A DNA stretch of 64,000 bases from Candidatus Thorarchaeota archaeon (GTDB lineage: Archaea > Asgardarchaeota > Thorarchaeia > Thorarchaeales > Thorarchaeaceae), in assembly GCA_011364985.1 (NCBI GenBank), contig RDOC01000001.1, forward strand, positions 358,532-422,531, in the 5' to 3' direction. Both the position numbers and the translations under genes were made by a program. The notes below the pieces were generated by a model. The model ran no database searches. It was given only the letters and a program-made list of their open reading frames with translations, and was not told the origin of the DNA. Shown in pieces: positions 9,984 to 19,698 of this stretch (positions within the stretch are counted from its first letter, which is position 1; each line of letters begins with the position of its first letter).

Positions 9984-10081
9984 TGCGGTATATCTGGAAG
10001 AAAAGGCTGATAGGTCTATTCTTTGTATTCCTTTTCATAGCGTCAGTTTTTGCCGCCCTTTCACAAATCTATAAACCATAG
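9980..10081 (+). CDS. 33-aa single-TM microprotein (not in the ORF track)
   Basis: ATGA overlap with the get3 stop; GGAGG at 9971-9975; MMRYIWKKRLIGLFFVFLFIASVFAALSQIYKP. Confidence 0.65.
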   Translation: MMRYIWKKRLIGLFFVFLFIASVFAALSQIYKP

Positions 10082-10103
10082 ACATGAATAGACTAGAACA
10101 GCC

Positions 10104-10247
10104 CTAAACACCTTTAACACGTTTCACAACAGGAGGCCGTATCTTGTAAAGAATTCTTCCTCCGCAATAGGGACACTTCACACCTGGGAGTGTCTTGAGG
10201 CCTTCAGGAGTGACTTCTTTTGAACAGGTATGACATATATAGACCAT
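10104..10247 (-). CDS. rpo12: DNA-directed RNA polymerase subunit P (Rpo12)
   Basis: MVYICHTC...KCPYCGGRILYKIRPP. Confidence 0.93.
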   Translation of the reverse strand: MVYICHTCSKEVTPEGLKTLPGVKCPYCGGRILYKIRPPVVKRVKGV

Positions 10248-10350
10248 GGAATCACCACACGGGCCGACTGATTTCTTCGACCATTCAAGCAAAAGCGCGA
10301 GACTTGAGTTTATGAAGCTTTTCTTATAGTGCATCGAACTCCCTCTTGCA

Positions 10351-11934
10351 CTACTTCACAACCTCAGCTTCAAGCAATCCAGGGCTCAAGACTTTTGTTA
10401 TCTTTAGCATTAGCAGTGAACCTGCAGAATATCCACCCCTCACCGTCATTATTGGACCTTCTCCGAAAGGATAAACAATTGTGTAGCCGTGGCGACTCCA
10501 TGAGGGTTCAGCAGCAATTCCGCACAATGTTTTGCCAAGGTATCGATCCTTCTTGTTTCGATTAATGCGTGATGCAGTCTTTCTCAGCGGCTCACTCAAT
10601 GGATCATGGAAAGAAGATTCTGAAAAATGTGAGAAGGCGGATTCAGGAAGTGGACGAAACCCATAGAGTATGATTCGCTCAGCTCCTGCATCGCTGACCT
10701 CGTGCATGATTTTGACCGAAGCCTGCACAGATTCAGCCGTCTCACTAGGTAGGCCATAGATGAAATAGATATAGGGGAACATACCATGCTTCTTTGCAGT
10801 TTTCACAGCATTGACAACGTCGCTTGCGCTCCCACATTTCCCGATTTGTGCCATATGTATATCCGAACCAGTTTCAAGTCCTATATTAGGAGAGATTGAA
10901 GTTAGCCTCTTGGTCAATACGCCTGCAATTTCATCTGCGAACAGACATGCCTTTATGTTCTCAATTGAGAGATGGACATTTCCCGAGTTTATTTCTGGTA
11001 TTGCATTCAGATCATCAAGGAGAGATGCGATTGCATCGTTATTTGCAGGCGGTGCGCAGGGATTTGTTACTGGCGATTCGCCCCGTTGATAGTCTAGAAA
11101 GTCAGGCGCCTCAAGGACAATTCTGTGTACGCCAGAGGCCACCAATTCCTCGATTTCGTTCACGATGGATGCTGCAGAACGGCTTCTCGGAGGACCCCAA
11201 GTGTTTGGTACGCTGCAAAAGCCGCAGCCAGGAGGTATATTTTCAGGACATTCCAATCGTTCGTTCATATTGGAAGATTGGCAATTGCCGCAATTGGTAC
11301 ACTCTCGGCCGTCTGGAAGGGGAAGGGTCGTTCTTCCAAAATTGGAACAGCCTCGCAGAACCTCGACGTACACTCTAGCAGCTTGATAATCCTTATAGTC
11401 AACAATTCGTTCTGTAGAGGCCTTATAGTCATTAGACCATTCTTCAGAGGTGATAAAGCTCCGAGAGGGAGTTAAAAACAAGTCGTCATGATCCAGATAG
11501 GCGATGCCATCTATCTTCGAAAGATCTATATTCTCTGAGAAGAAATCCTGCTCCAGCAGGTTTTCAAGAGTTGCTTCGCCCTCGCCCATAACCAAGAGAT
11601 CGGGTTTCAGGGACTCCAAAACAGGTTTTGGATTGAATGCAATAGGACCACCTATGATCATCCGTCCGTGTGGCCTTTCGTGTTTCCAAATCTTAGCGAA
11701 TTTGACTGCTGCAGGAAGGTCCATAGTCATGGCGCTGATGGCAACATGGTTGTATCTCCTTAGCCGCTTCGGGATGACAAGAACATCTTCCATTCGCTGG
11801 ATTTTGCATTGAACCTTCTGTTTTTCCAATACTCCTGCAACTGCACGTGGACCGCATCCTATGGAATCGCGAGAACTCGTACGTCGTCCGACACCAGCGC
11901 TAAGCGCATCCACTATGAGAACTTGATCAGACAT
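10351..11934 (-). CDS. B12-binding-like domain radical SAM protein with C-terminal TRAM-like domain
   Basis: IIGGP and GEGE N-domain; RGC...GCGFC cluster motif; IGLETGS, IYGLP. Confidence 0.85.
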   Translation of the reverse strand: MSDQVLIVDALSAGVGRRTSSRDSIGCGPRAVAGVLEKQKVQCKIQRMEDVLVIPKRLRRYNHVAISAMTMDLPAAVKFAKIWKHERPHGRMIIGGPIAFNPKPVLESLKPDLLVMGEGEATLENLLEQDFFSENIDLSKIDGIAYLDHDDLFLTPSRSFITSEEWSNDYKASTERIVDYKDYQAARVYVEVLRGCSNFGRTTLPLPDGRECTNCGNCQSSNMNERLECPENIPPGCGFCSVPNTWGPPRSRSAASIVNEIEELVASGVHRIVLEAPDFLDYQRGESPVTNPCAPPANNDAIASLLDDLNAIPEINSGNVHLSIENIKACLFADEIAGVLTKRLTSISPNIGLETGSDIHMAQIGKCGSASDVVNAVKTAKKHGMFPYIYFIYGLPSETAESVQASVKIMHEVSDAGAERIILYGFRPLPESAFSHFSESSFHDPLSEPLRKTASRINRNKKDRYLGKTLCGIAAEPSWSRHGYTIVYPFGEGPIMTVRGGYSAGSLLMLKITKVLSPGLLEAEVVK

Positions 11935-12077
11935 TCTATCTATGGAATTGTCTTCATCCTTCTATATTCTTGCACTTGCCTTTGGAAAAACTACACCTTC
12001 ATAGAACTTATATAAAGCAATAACCAAGGCTGTTCGAGCATTAAGCTGAAACTAAATAACCAGGAGTAAATCACTGC

Positions 12078-12416
12078 GTGAGCGATGAAGGTGGAATATG
12101 CCCGAATTGCGGCCTTCCTACTGACCTATGCGTCTGTGAAACCATAGCTCAGGAGGAAGCCCGTATTACTGTAACAGTTGAACGAAGAAAGTGGGGCCGA
12201 CTCACGACTATTGTTGAGGGGTTTGATAAGAATATAGATCTTTCAGACTTGGCTACAAAGCTCAAAGGCAAGCTTGCCTGTGGCGGAGCCGCAAAGCATG
12301 GTCATGTCGAGCTTCAGGGAGACCATAGAGGAACTATAACCGAAGTACTATCCAGACTTGGCTTTCCGGAAGAAATGGTTCAAATCGATTGGTCATTTGT
12401 TGAAGGCCGAAGATAG
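12078..12416 (+). CDS. sui1: Translation initiation factor aIF1/SUI1
   Basis: LKGKLACGG and VELQGDHR motifs; N-terminal zinc motif. Confidence 0.95.
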   Translation: MSDEGGICPNCGLPTDLCVCETIAQEEARITVTVERRKWGRLTTIVEGFDKNIDLSDLATKLKGKLACGGAAKHGHVELQGDHRGTITEVLSRLGFPEEMVQIDWSFVEGRR

Positions 12417-12483
12417 TCCTACATCTCTGAAGCAATTAGGCCATGTGGATTACATAAAGCACGGTCTGCCAGATTAGAGGAAT

Positions 12484-13452
12484 TCAGACCAAGGACATTG
12501 TATCAATTCCCAGTTTGCGCACAATCTCTTTGTATCTATTTCTCACCGTGACTTCTGTCACGCGAGCTACTTCAGCAATCTCACGCTGAGTCCTGCGCTC
12601 GTCCATCATAATTGAGGCGACATAGATTGCGGCCGCAGCCAAACCAAGAGGGTCTCTTCCTATCGTGAGGCCCATGTCCCTGCTTCTCTCTAGAATCTCG
12701 ACTGTTCGTAGTTGAACAGGACTGGAAAGCTCAAGCTGCGATGCGAACCTAGAGATGTAGTCAATAGGATTACTTAGCGGGATTCGTACATTTAGACTTC
12801 TAAGAAGAAGACGATAGCATTGCCCAAGTTTCTTCTTATCAATGCGTGAGGCATCAGCAACTTCATCTAATGGACGTGGTTTCTGGCGGATTCTGCATGC
12901 TGCATAGAGTGTAGCTGCCACCATCGCTTCTATTGACCTGCCTCGAACCAGTTTCTTCTGGATAGACTTGCGATAGAGCAGAGCTGCCAATTCTCTAATT
13001 GGCTGGGGAATACCAAGTTGTGAAGCCAAGCGCTCCAGCTCAGATAGAGCCTGAGCGAGATTACGGTCCATGGAACTATGAACTCTACTTCGAATCTGCC
13101 ATTTGCGTAGTCTATAGATTTCTGACCGTCGCGTTGGACTGAGTTTCCTGCCGCTGACATCTCGATCCCGCCAATCGATTACTGTTGATAGACCTTTATC
13201 ATGCACAGTATATCTCATTGGCGCACCGACTCTGCTTCGAGAATCAGCCTCTTCAGAACTAAAGGCTCGCCATTCGGCGCCTGTATCAATCCTATGGTCA
13301 GAGAGAACAAGACCGCACCCCCCGCACACACGCTCTCCACGAGTTAGATCTTCGACGACTGATGAAGACCCGCACTCGGGACAGGATTTCACATCAGACT
13401 CGGGCTTGTGAAGACTGCTCCTTTCTGGAGCATCGCCACGTACAGGTTCCAA
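12484..13452 (-). CDS. tfb: Transcription initiation factor IIB
   Basis: CPEC...CGGCG ribbon, EWRAF B-finger, two cyclin repeats. Confidence 0.97.
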   Translation of the reverse strand: MEPVRGDAPERSSLHKPESDVKSCPECGSSSVVEDLTRGERVCGGCGLVLSDHRIDTGAEWRAFSSEEADSRSRVGAPMRYTVHDKGLSTVIDWRDRDVSGRKLSPTRRSEIYRLRKWQIRSRVHSSMDRNLAQALSELERLASQLGIPQPIRELAALLYRKSIQKKLVRGRSIEAMVAATLYAACRIRQKPRPLDEVADASRIDKKKLGQCYRLLLRSLNVRIPLSNPIDYISRFASQLELSSPVQLRTVEILERSRDMGLTIGRDPLGLAAAAIYVASIMMDERRTQREIAEVARVTEVTVRNRYKEIVRKLGIDTMSLV

Positions 13453-13627
13453 GTTGGCTCCTCCGTCGATATCTGACCGGTAGATTCTGCCGGCTATCGA
13501 TGATGAATCATTGAATTAGAAGACAGTCTCCCGGGACCACAGTATATAACAAAAGCGAAAACACGCTTTTAATTGTATGGACGCCTCAAATATCCTTCAA
13601 TTATCGAAGCAAATGGAAGTTCTACCT

Positions 13628-14563
13628 CTAGGTGGTACGCTCAAAGCCATCTTCAGTTACTATAACCGTGTGTTCTGCCTGAGACACAAACTGACCCTCT
13701 TCCTCTGCAAGAATATGGTGTGCAATAAGAGCACCATTCTTCTGCAACTCTCTAATCGCGAGCTCAAGATCAGCCCTTCTGAGCTGTTCTGCCATCCATC
13801 GCTTGGCAAAAGGGAACTCCTTGTAGTCGCGTCTTGCAATGGATAGGAATTGCTTGGTCCCCTTGAAACGGACCGGCACGCGAATAGGAAGCATTTGAAA
13901 TATCAGCGGATCAGGCAGGTCGGAAACGTTTCCAGAGCCAGTGCTTGCAAACGTTTCGATAGCATAAATCTCATTCTCCTCAACCAATACTTCGGACTTC
14001 CCTGATACACAGGGTACTTGCTTCTCAGCGTGAAGCTCGTATTCTTTTAGTTGATGTCCAGTGAGTTGCTTGATTGGCTCAAATCCAGCGCTCTTGATTG
14101 TGTCCTCGATTAATGCACCGATAGTATTCAACTTCGCTCCGGGTCGAATCATCTCCATGGCAATTCTGGTGGCATCCTCGGAGGCCTTGACGAGTTTCGC
14201 GTGTTCTGGGTTCAAAGCAATTGTGAAGGCACTGTCAGAAATACAACCATCAACATGAGCACCGCAATCAACTGTAACAAGGTCACCCTCTTGGATTACT
14301 GTTTCATCGTCAAGTGGAGAGGTATAGTGCGCAGCAATATTGTTTATGGCAATATTGCAGGGAAAGGACATGCCGGTTGCATTCTCAGAGATATACTTCT
14401 CGACGGTCTCAACGATGTCCAAGAGCTTTGTTCCGGGCTTGACCATAGACCGAGCAATATCAAGAGCCTCTTTTGCAGCCACTCCAGCCTTACGCCACTT
14501 GTCCCAATCACGCCCTTCGCCTTCCTCTTGAATTTCATCTCTTGTTGGTTCATCCTCTGCCAT
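13628..14563 (-). CDS. map: Methionine aminopeptidase type II
   Basis: FPCN, AAHYT, DCGAHVDG, LTGH, AIETFA and QAEHT motifs. Confidence 0.95.
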   Translation of the reverse strand: MAEDEPTRDEIQEEGEGRDWDKWRKAGVAAKEALDIARSMVKPGTKLLDIVETVEKYISENATGMSFPCNIAINNIAAHYTSPLDDETVIQEGDLVTVDCGAHVDGCISDSAFTIALNPEHAKLVKASEDATRIAMEMIRPGAKLNTIGALIEDTIKSAGFEPIKQLTGHQLKEYELHAEKQVPCVSGKSEVLVEENEIYAIETFASTGSGNVSDLPDPLIFQMLPIRVPVRFKGTKQFLSIARRDYKEFPFAKRWMAEQLRRADLELAIRELQKNGALIAHHILAEEEGQFVSQAEHTVIVTEDGFERTT

Positions 14564-14633
14564 TCCAAATCACCTAGAGCGATAGTCCGGTATGCTTTGT
14601 GAAGTTCATAAAAGAGTGACGGAGAGGGACCAA

Positions 14634-15026
14634 TTACAGAATACCCTCTATTCGTCGTGCGATTCTTGTCATCATGAAGAACATATATCCAATGTTGGCA
14701 CGTTTCGTTGTTAAGACGGCAAGGAGAGCATCTTCTCCCGCATCACAGATGATAATGTATCCTGTTTCACCTTCAACGAGCATTCTCACAAAGGCGCCTC
14801 GTTTTAGCTGTTTGAACACTTTCCGCGTAGCTGTTTCGATTTGCGTGGACCGACCAGCTATGACGTCTTCTTCAGGTATTGTTGCAGCATCTTGGTCAGG
14901 AGGAAAATGTGTACAAATCGGTAATCCTTGCGATCTCGAAATGATAATACTAGCCTGCACATTATTCTGGGAGGCGCGACTGAGGTCTTCAAGTAGTTGT
15001 GTGAGCATTTCTGTCTTTGAGGACAT
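14634..15026 (-). CDS. Roadblock/LC7 domain protein (eukaryotic signature protein)
   Basis: SQGLPI, EGETGYIII, ALLAVLT...NIG roadblock pattern. Confidence 0.88.
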   Translation of the reverse strand: MSSKTEMLTQLLEDLSRASQNNVQASIIISRSQGLPICTHFPPDQDAATIPEEDVIAGRSTQIETATRKVFKQLKRGAFVRMLVEGETGYIIICDAGEDALLAVLTTKRANIGYMFFMMTRIARRIEGIL

Positions 15027-15110
15027 TTGAGGATGAACCTCCCTACGGGCTGCTTCGCTCCAAAAGGCTCCTCAAGTATTTAAACATGACCAGTTTGGAC
15101 TCCAGGCCAT

Positions 15111-15884
15111 TTAGACCTTCTTCGCGCCAGCTGCCTTTAGTGCTTCAACGATTCTCTTCAGTCCAGCGCCATTGTCTTTCTGAACGTGCTTTTCGATATA
15201 TGTCCCTTGGACTATTATCGATGCGCCTGATTCAACACCGCGTACAACCGATTTGGCATCATTAAATCCACCTCCAGCTATGACAGGGACATCGCAGTAT
15301 TGAGACACCATTGATATTGTTTCAGGAGGGACGCCACCTCCCTCAGCACCACTTCCCGCTTCCAGATAGACAAGTTTGAACCCAAGCAATTCTGCGGCCA
15401 AAGCATACATCAGAACCAGTCTTGGTTTGTCACGCGGAAAGCATTCAGCTCGGCCAACCCAAGCTGCACTTTTACCAGGTTCAATGAGCAGGTAGGCCAT
15501 TGGGATTGATTCGATGCCTGACAACTTGACTCGGGCAGCAGCTAGAGCTTGAGCTCCGACAATGTAGTATGGGTTGTTGCTATTTAGCAGACTCATGAAG
15601 AACATGGCATCTGCATACTCAGAGACGCCTGTTAGGTTTCCAGGAAAAAGAATGGTGGGGATATTGACAGCATCTGAGATTGCCTTAACTGAGTCGTCAA
15701 TGGACCCAAAGATCGTACTTCCCCCAATCATTATCGCATCAGTGCCTGAATCCTCGACCAGCTTGGCAATCTCAACAATTGTATCAATCTGCGTTGACAG
15801 TGGATCGGGATCTAGGAGGGAGAAGTGACATGCACCTTCGGTTGTTAGTTTATCAGTGATGTACTTCCAAACGTTTCCGGACAT
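15111..15884 (-). CDS. Geranylgeranylglyceryl phosphate synthase (group II)
   Basis: LLDPD, IMIGGS, ILFPG, SLLNS and YLEAGSG motifs. Confidence 0.95.
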   Translation of the reverse strand: MSGNVWKYITDKLTTEGACHFSLLDPDPLSTQIDTIVEIAKLVEDSGTDAIMIGGSTIFGSIDDSVKAISDAVNIPTILFPGNLTGVSEYADAMFFMSLLNSNNPYYIVGAQALAAARVKLSGIESIPMAYLLIEPGKSAAWVGRAECFPRDKPRLVLMYALAAELLGFKLVYLEAGSGAEGGGVPPETISMVSQYCDVPVIAGGGFNDAKSVVRGVESGASIIVQGTYIEKHVQKDNGAGLKRIVEALKAAGAKKV

Positions 15885-16273
15885 GTATGCAATCCTCCAG
15901 AGTTAAATGTCGAAGCTTGGCATCGGCCTTTTTACGGTTTTGGTGCACTGTTAACCAATGGCACTTGTGTCACATTTCCGTATTCTGACAGGAGATATTG
16001 AAATCAGGCATGAGTTCTACGTGAAATGCTTATTATGGGCAAGTTGTAAACTGACATTGGAATCAACTACAACCTATCACCCCATTACTACGCTGAGCCT
16101 CTCGCAGTAGGAATGAATATTCCAAGAACAGAGGCCATAATGGCAAGATATCATGTCAAACCAAAAGGACCAATTTCAGAGCAAAAAAGGATTCAGATAA
16201 AGCAAGAATTGAGAATCTAGCAAGTCCATAAGACACCCTTGTCATCTTCTGCAGTGAGCAATTCGTTTTGGGA

Positions 16274-16891
16274 TCAGATAGGGAGAAATCGTCCAGTTTT
16301 TTTCATATATGCTCTGTACTCATCTCCAAAATGATTCATAAGATTCAACTCTTCTGAATCAGCCAAGATATAATACCCTGGAAATCCAAGGAAGAGGAGA
16401 CAAGATACTACCGATGGAAGGAGTAAAAACAAACCCAGAAAGCAAAGAAGATATGATGCGTAGGAAGGATGACGAATTCGACCGTAGGGCCCCGTGGTGA
16501 CCAACTGATGCGTCTTACTCATTGCCCATGATGCTGCCATCTCTTGACGTACACTGCGCGACCAATAATGAAGACCTATCCCCAAAGATAATAGCATAAG
16601 GCCCAGCATCCACATTACGACAGGAGGAGAGAGTATAGGGAAGGTGAACCAGAATAGGTTTGATCCAAGTCCAGTCAACCATGCTATTGGAATAAGAAAG
16701 ACCAGAAAGAACGATAGTAGAGTTGAAACCGCAACAGTAACAACCGCGGTCATAGGGACTTCGGTTGACGGCTCCGCAAGGAAGAAATTCGTCTTTGTTC
16801 TCACCTTCTTGAGGTCCAGGCGTATGTGTAGAATGACATCTACTGCTGCCAGTATTCCAATTACAGGTCCGACGATAGTGAAATCTGTCAT
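16274..16891 (-). CDS. Isoprenylcysteine carboxyl methyltransferase (ICMT/PEMT) family membrane protein
   Basis: LVTTGPYGRIRHPSY and EE-x-x-L-x-x-x-FG-x-EY-x-x-Y motifs. Confidence 0.88.
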   Translation of the reverse strand: MTDFTIVGPVIGILAAVDVILHIRLDLKKVRTKTNFFLAEPSTEVPMTAVVTVAVSTLLSFFLVFLIPIAWLTGLGSNLFWFTFPILSPPVVMWMLGLMLLSLGIGLHYWSRSVRQEMAASWAMSKTHQLVTTGPYGRIRHPSYASYLLCFLGLFLLLPSVVSCLLFLGFPGYYILADSEELNLMNHFGDEYRAYMKKTGRFLPI

Positions 16892-17068
16892 AAAGTGATT
16901 TCTACATGCCTTGTATTTTTGGTTTGCTAAGAGCATTGAATGAAATTCACCATCATTCATCACCCTGGGCCATCATCCGAAACCCTTTATTGCTTGAAAT
17001 CGACGGTCGAAATTGCTAAGAAGGAATGCGCGCCGCGGATACCCTTTATTGGCGCAGAGGACATTAAT

Positions 17069-19033
17069 ATGCCTGAAACACGCGTTGGAGTATTCCTATG
17101 TCACTGTGGAAGTAATATCGCAGGTGTCGTTAATATCGACAAAGTGATGGAGGCGATTACAGAACTTCCTAACGTCGAGCACGTTGAGGACTATAAGTAT
17201 CTCTGTTCCAAGCCCGGGCAGCAGATGCTGAAGGATCGTATCAAGCAGCATCAACTTAACCGTGTGGTAATCGCCTCATGTAGCCCGCGAATGCATGAAC
17301 CAACCTTCAGACAAACCATGCGAGAAGCAGGGTTGAACGCGTTCCTTTTGGATATAGCGAATATACGAGAGCATGTCAGCTGGATTCATGCCCAAGACCC
17401 AGAGGGGGCAACGGAGAAAGCAATCGATCTGGTTCGCATGTCCCTTGCTCGAGCAAGACTTCTGGAGCCGCTAGATGAACCAGAGGTCAATATAAAGAAA
17501 GCAAGCCTTGTTGTTGGTGCCGGTATTGCTGGAATCTCGGCATCATTGGATTTGGCAAATGCGGGGTACAAGGTGTATCTTGTAGAGAAAGAGCCAACCA
17601 TTGGTGGGCACATGGCAATGTGGGATAAGACCTTTCCGACCTTGGATTGCTCCAGCTGTATTTTGACTCCCCGGATGGCTGAGGTGGGTGCGCATCCAAA
17701 TATCGAGCTCTTCACCATGGCCGAAGTTGAGCAGGTAGATGGTTTTGTCGGCAACTTCGAAATCACAATTCATCAAAAGGCGCGATACGTCGACATAGAG
17801 AAGTGTACCTCATGTGGTGATTGTTCAGAGATATGTCCCGTAGATATCCCCTCTGCCTTCGATGCAAACTTGGGCTACAGAAAGGCCATCCATATTCCAT
17901 TCGCCCAAGCCGTGCCTTCTGCATATCTTCTTGATATGGAGAACTGCCTTGGAGTAGATGCAGTACGATGCGGAAAGTGTAAAGATGCCTGTGAGGCAGA
18001 AGCTATTGACTACGATGACCATGATAAGAGAACCAAGATCTGCGTAGGAACCATTATAGTGGCTACCGGTTTTGATCTCTTTGATGCTTCCCAGAAGCAA
18101 GAATATGGTTACGGAGAATACGCGAATGTTGTCAATATTGCAGAAGTCGAAAGAATGCTGAATGCAGCAGGACCGACCAAGGGACACGTTGTTCGTCCTT
18201 CGGACCTTCAAGAACCAAAGCGTGTCGTGTATGTTCAATGCGTAGGAAGCCGCGATGAGCTCACCAACAGGTATTGCTCACGTATCTGTTGCATGACAGC
18301 AATTAAACAAGCACGGATGATTCGTGACAAACTTGGAGCCGAGGTCTACATCTTCTATATTGACCTTCGAACCTTTGGAAAGGGGTATGAAGAGTTCTAT
18401 GAGAGCACAGCAGAGGCAGGTGTGACTTTTATCCGAGGCAGAGTAGGAGAGGTTGTGGAAGAGGAAGAAACCAGCCTCCTCACAGTGAGAGGAGAGGATA
18501 CGTTGATTGGAAAGCCAATTCATTTGAACGACGTGGACCTGGTGGTTCTTTCAACAGGTGTTGTTGCACCCAAGGCAGCAGAGCGAATAGCGCATGCACT
18601 GAACCTAAGCATATCACCTGATGGATTCCTCATGGAGGCGCATCCAAAGCTGCGACCTGTCGACTCATTCAATGATGGCATCTTCGTGGCAGGCATGGCA
18701 CAAGGTCCGAAAGACATTCCGGACACAGTGGCTCAGGCCAAAGCAGCAGCATCAGGTGCAATGGCGCTGATGGGTAAGGGAAAGATCAACATTGAGCCCT
18801 ATTACTCAATTGTCGATGAAGTCAAATGCGCCGGCTGTAAAATATGCATAACAGTGTGTCCCTACAACGCAATAAGCATCAATGAACGCGAAAAGGCGGA
18901 GATCAATCCTGCACTGTGCAAGGGATGCGGCACCTGTACAGCAACCTGCCCGAGTGGGGCAATCTCCTCACAGCACTACACCGATGGGCAGATAGCAGCT
19001 ATGCTTGATGCGTTCCTTTCCAGTCCCCAGTAG
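17069..19033 (+). CDS. hdrA: Heterodisulfide reductase subunit A (flavoprotein)
   Basis: RVGVFLCHCG, CSPRMHE, NIREH, GAGIAG, FPTLDC, CVGSR, YCSRICC and ferredoxin motifs. Confidence 0.95.
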   Translation: MPETRVGVFLCHCGSNIAGVVNIDKVMEAITELPNVEHVEDYKYLCSKPGQQMLKDRIKQHQLNRVVIASCSPRMHEPTFRQTMREAGLNAFLLDIANIREHVSWIHAQDPEGATEKAIDLVRMSLARARLLEPLDEPEVNIKKASLVVGAGIAGISASLDLANAGYKVYLVEKEPTIGGHMAMWDKTFPTLDCSSCILTPRMAEVGAHPNIELFTMAEVEQVDGFVGNFEITIHQKARYVDIEKCTSCGDCSEICPVDIPSAFDANLGYRKAIHIPFAQAVPSAYLLDMENCLGVDAVRCGKCKDACEAEAIDYDDHDKRTKICVGTIIVATGFDLFDASQKQEYGYGEYANVVNIAEVERMLNAAGPTKGHVVRPSDLQEPKRVVYVQCVGSRDELTNRYCSRICCMTAIKQARMIRDKLGAEVYIFYIDLRTFGKGYEEFYESTAEAGVTFIRGRVGEVVEEEETSLLTVRGEDTLIGKPIHLNDVDLVVLSTGVVAPKAAERIAHALNLSISPDGFLMEAHPKLRPVDSFNDGIFVAGMAQGPKDIPDTVAQAKAAASGAMALMGKGKINIEPYYSIVDEVKCAGCKICITVCPYNAISINEREKAEINPALCKGCGTCTATCPSGAISSQHYTDGQIAAMLDAFLSSPQ

Positions 19034-19068
19034 AAACTGCATGATGTTAATGAAATGGGACGACAGTG

Positions 19069-19698
19069 ATGTCAATGGCGGATTTGACTGTGGCAGTATT
19101 AGTTGGAGGAGAGTCCACACGCTTCAAAGCAGAGAAATTCCTAGCTAAGTTCCAAAGAAAAACATTGATTGCCCATATGATGAATATTGCCAAGTCCATT
19201 TCTCCAAATGTCCTCGTGGTGACATCAAGCGAAGAACAGGCAAAATCCGTTAGAAGCGTGGTGAGCTCGGCTGAAGTAGTAGTTGACCCAGAGGAGTCGA
19301 CGAAGGCACCGATCATAGGTGCATTAACTGCTTTCGAGTACTCTGAAACTTCACATACCATGCTTCTTCCTATTGACACACCTCTTGCCAATGTGTATCT
19401 CCTGCGTGCCTTAGGGGACCTAGCCGAAGGTCACGGCGCAGTCGTACCGAGATGGCCATCGGGGTATATCGAACCACTTCATTCAGTCTATCTCACAGAA
19501 CATGCCTATTCTAAGGGACTAGACCTGATAGCTGCCAGAAGATATCGAATGCAAATGCTACTTGATACGATGAACCGTGTCATATACGTTTCAACTTTAG
19601 TCCTGCAGAGATTTGATCCTGATTTGCTCACTTTTAGGAATGCCAATACGCCAAAGGAACTGCTTAGACTCGAAGGGCAAGCCCATCGCCGAAGCTAA
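19069..19698 (+). CDS. mobA: Molybdenum cofactor guanylyltransferase MobA-like
   Basis: LVGGESTRF...K, D-x-P, IEPLHSVY and FRNANTP motifs. Confidence 0.85.
   Translation: MSMADLTVAVLVGGESTRFKAEKFLAKFQRKTLIAHMMNIAKSISPNVLVVTSSEEQAKSVRSVVSSAEVVVDPEESTKAPIIGALTAFEYSETSHTMLLPIDTPLANVYLLRALGDLAEGHGAVVPRWPSGYIEPLHSVYLTEHAYSKGLDLIAARRYRMQMLLDTMNRVIYVSTLVLQRFDPDLLTFRNANTPKELLRLEGQAHRRS

Noticed and set aside
16140-16220. 26-aa ORF MARYHVKPKG... with upstream GAGG
   Set aside because: No motif or operon context; could arise by chance
17069-19033. Selenocysteine-containing HdrA or a SECIS element
   Set aside because: The ORF is uninterrupted with Cys at FPTLDCSSC; there is no in-frame TGA and no SECIS-like hairpin was recognised
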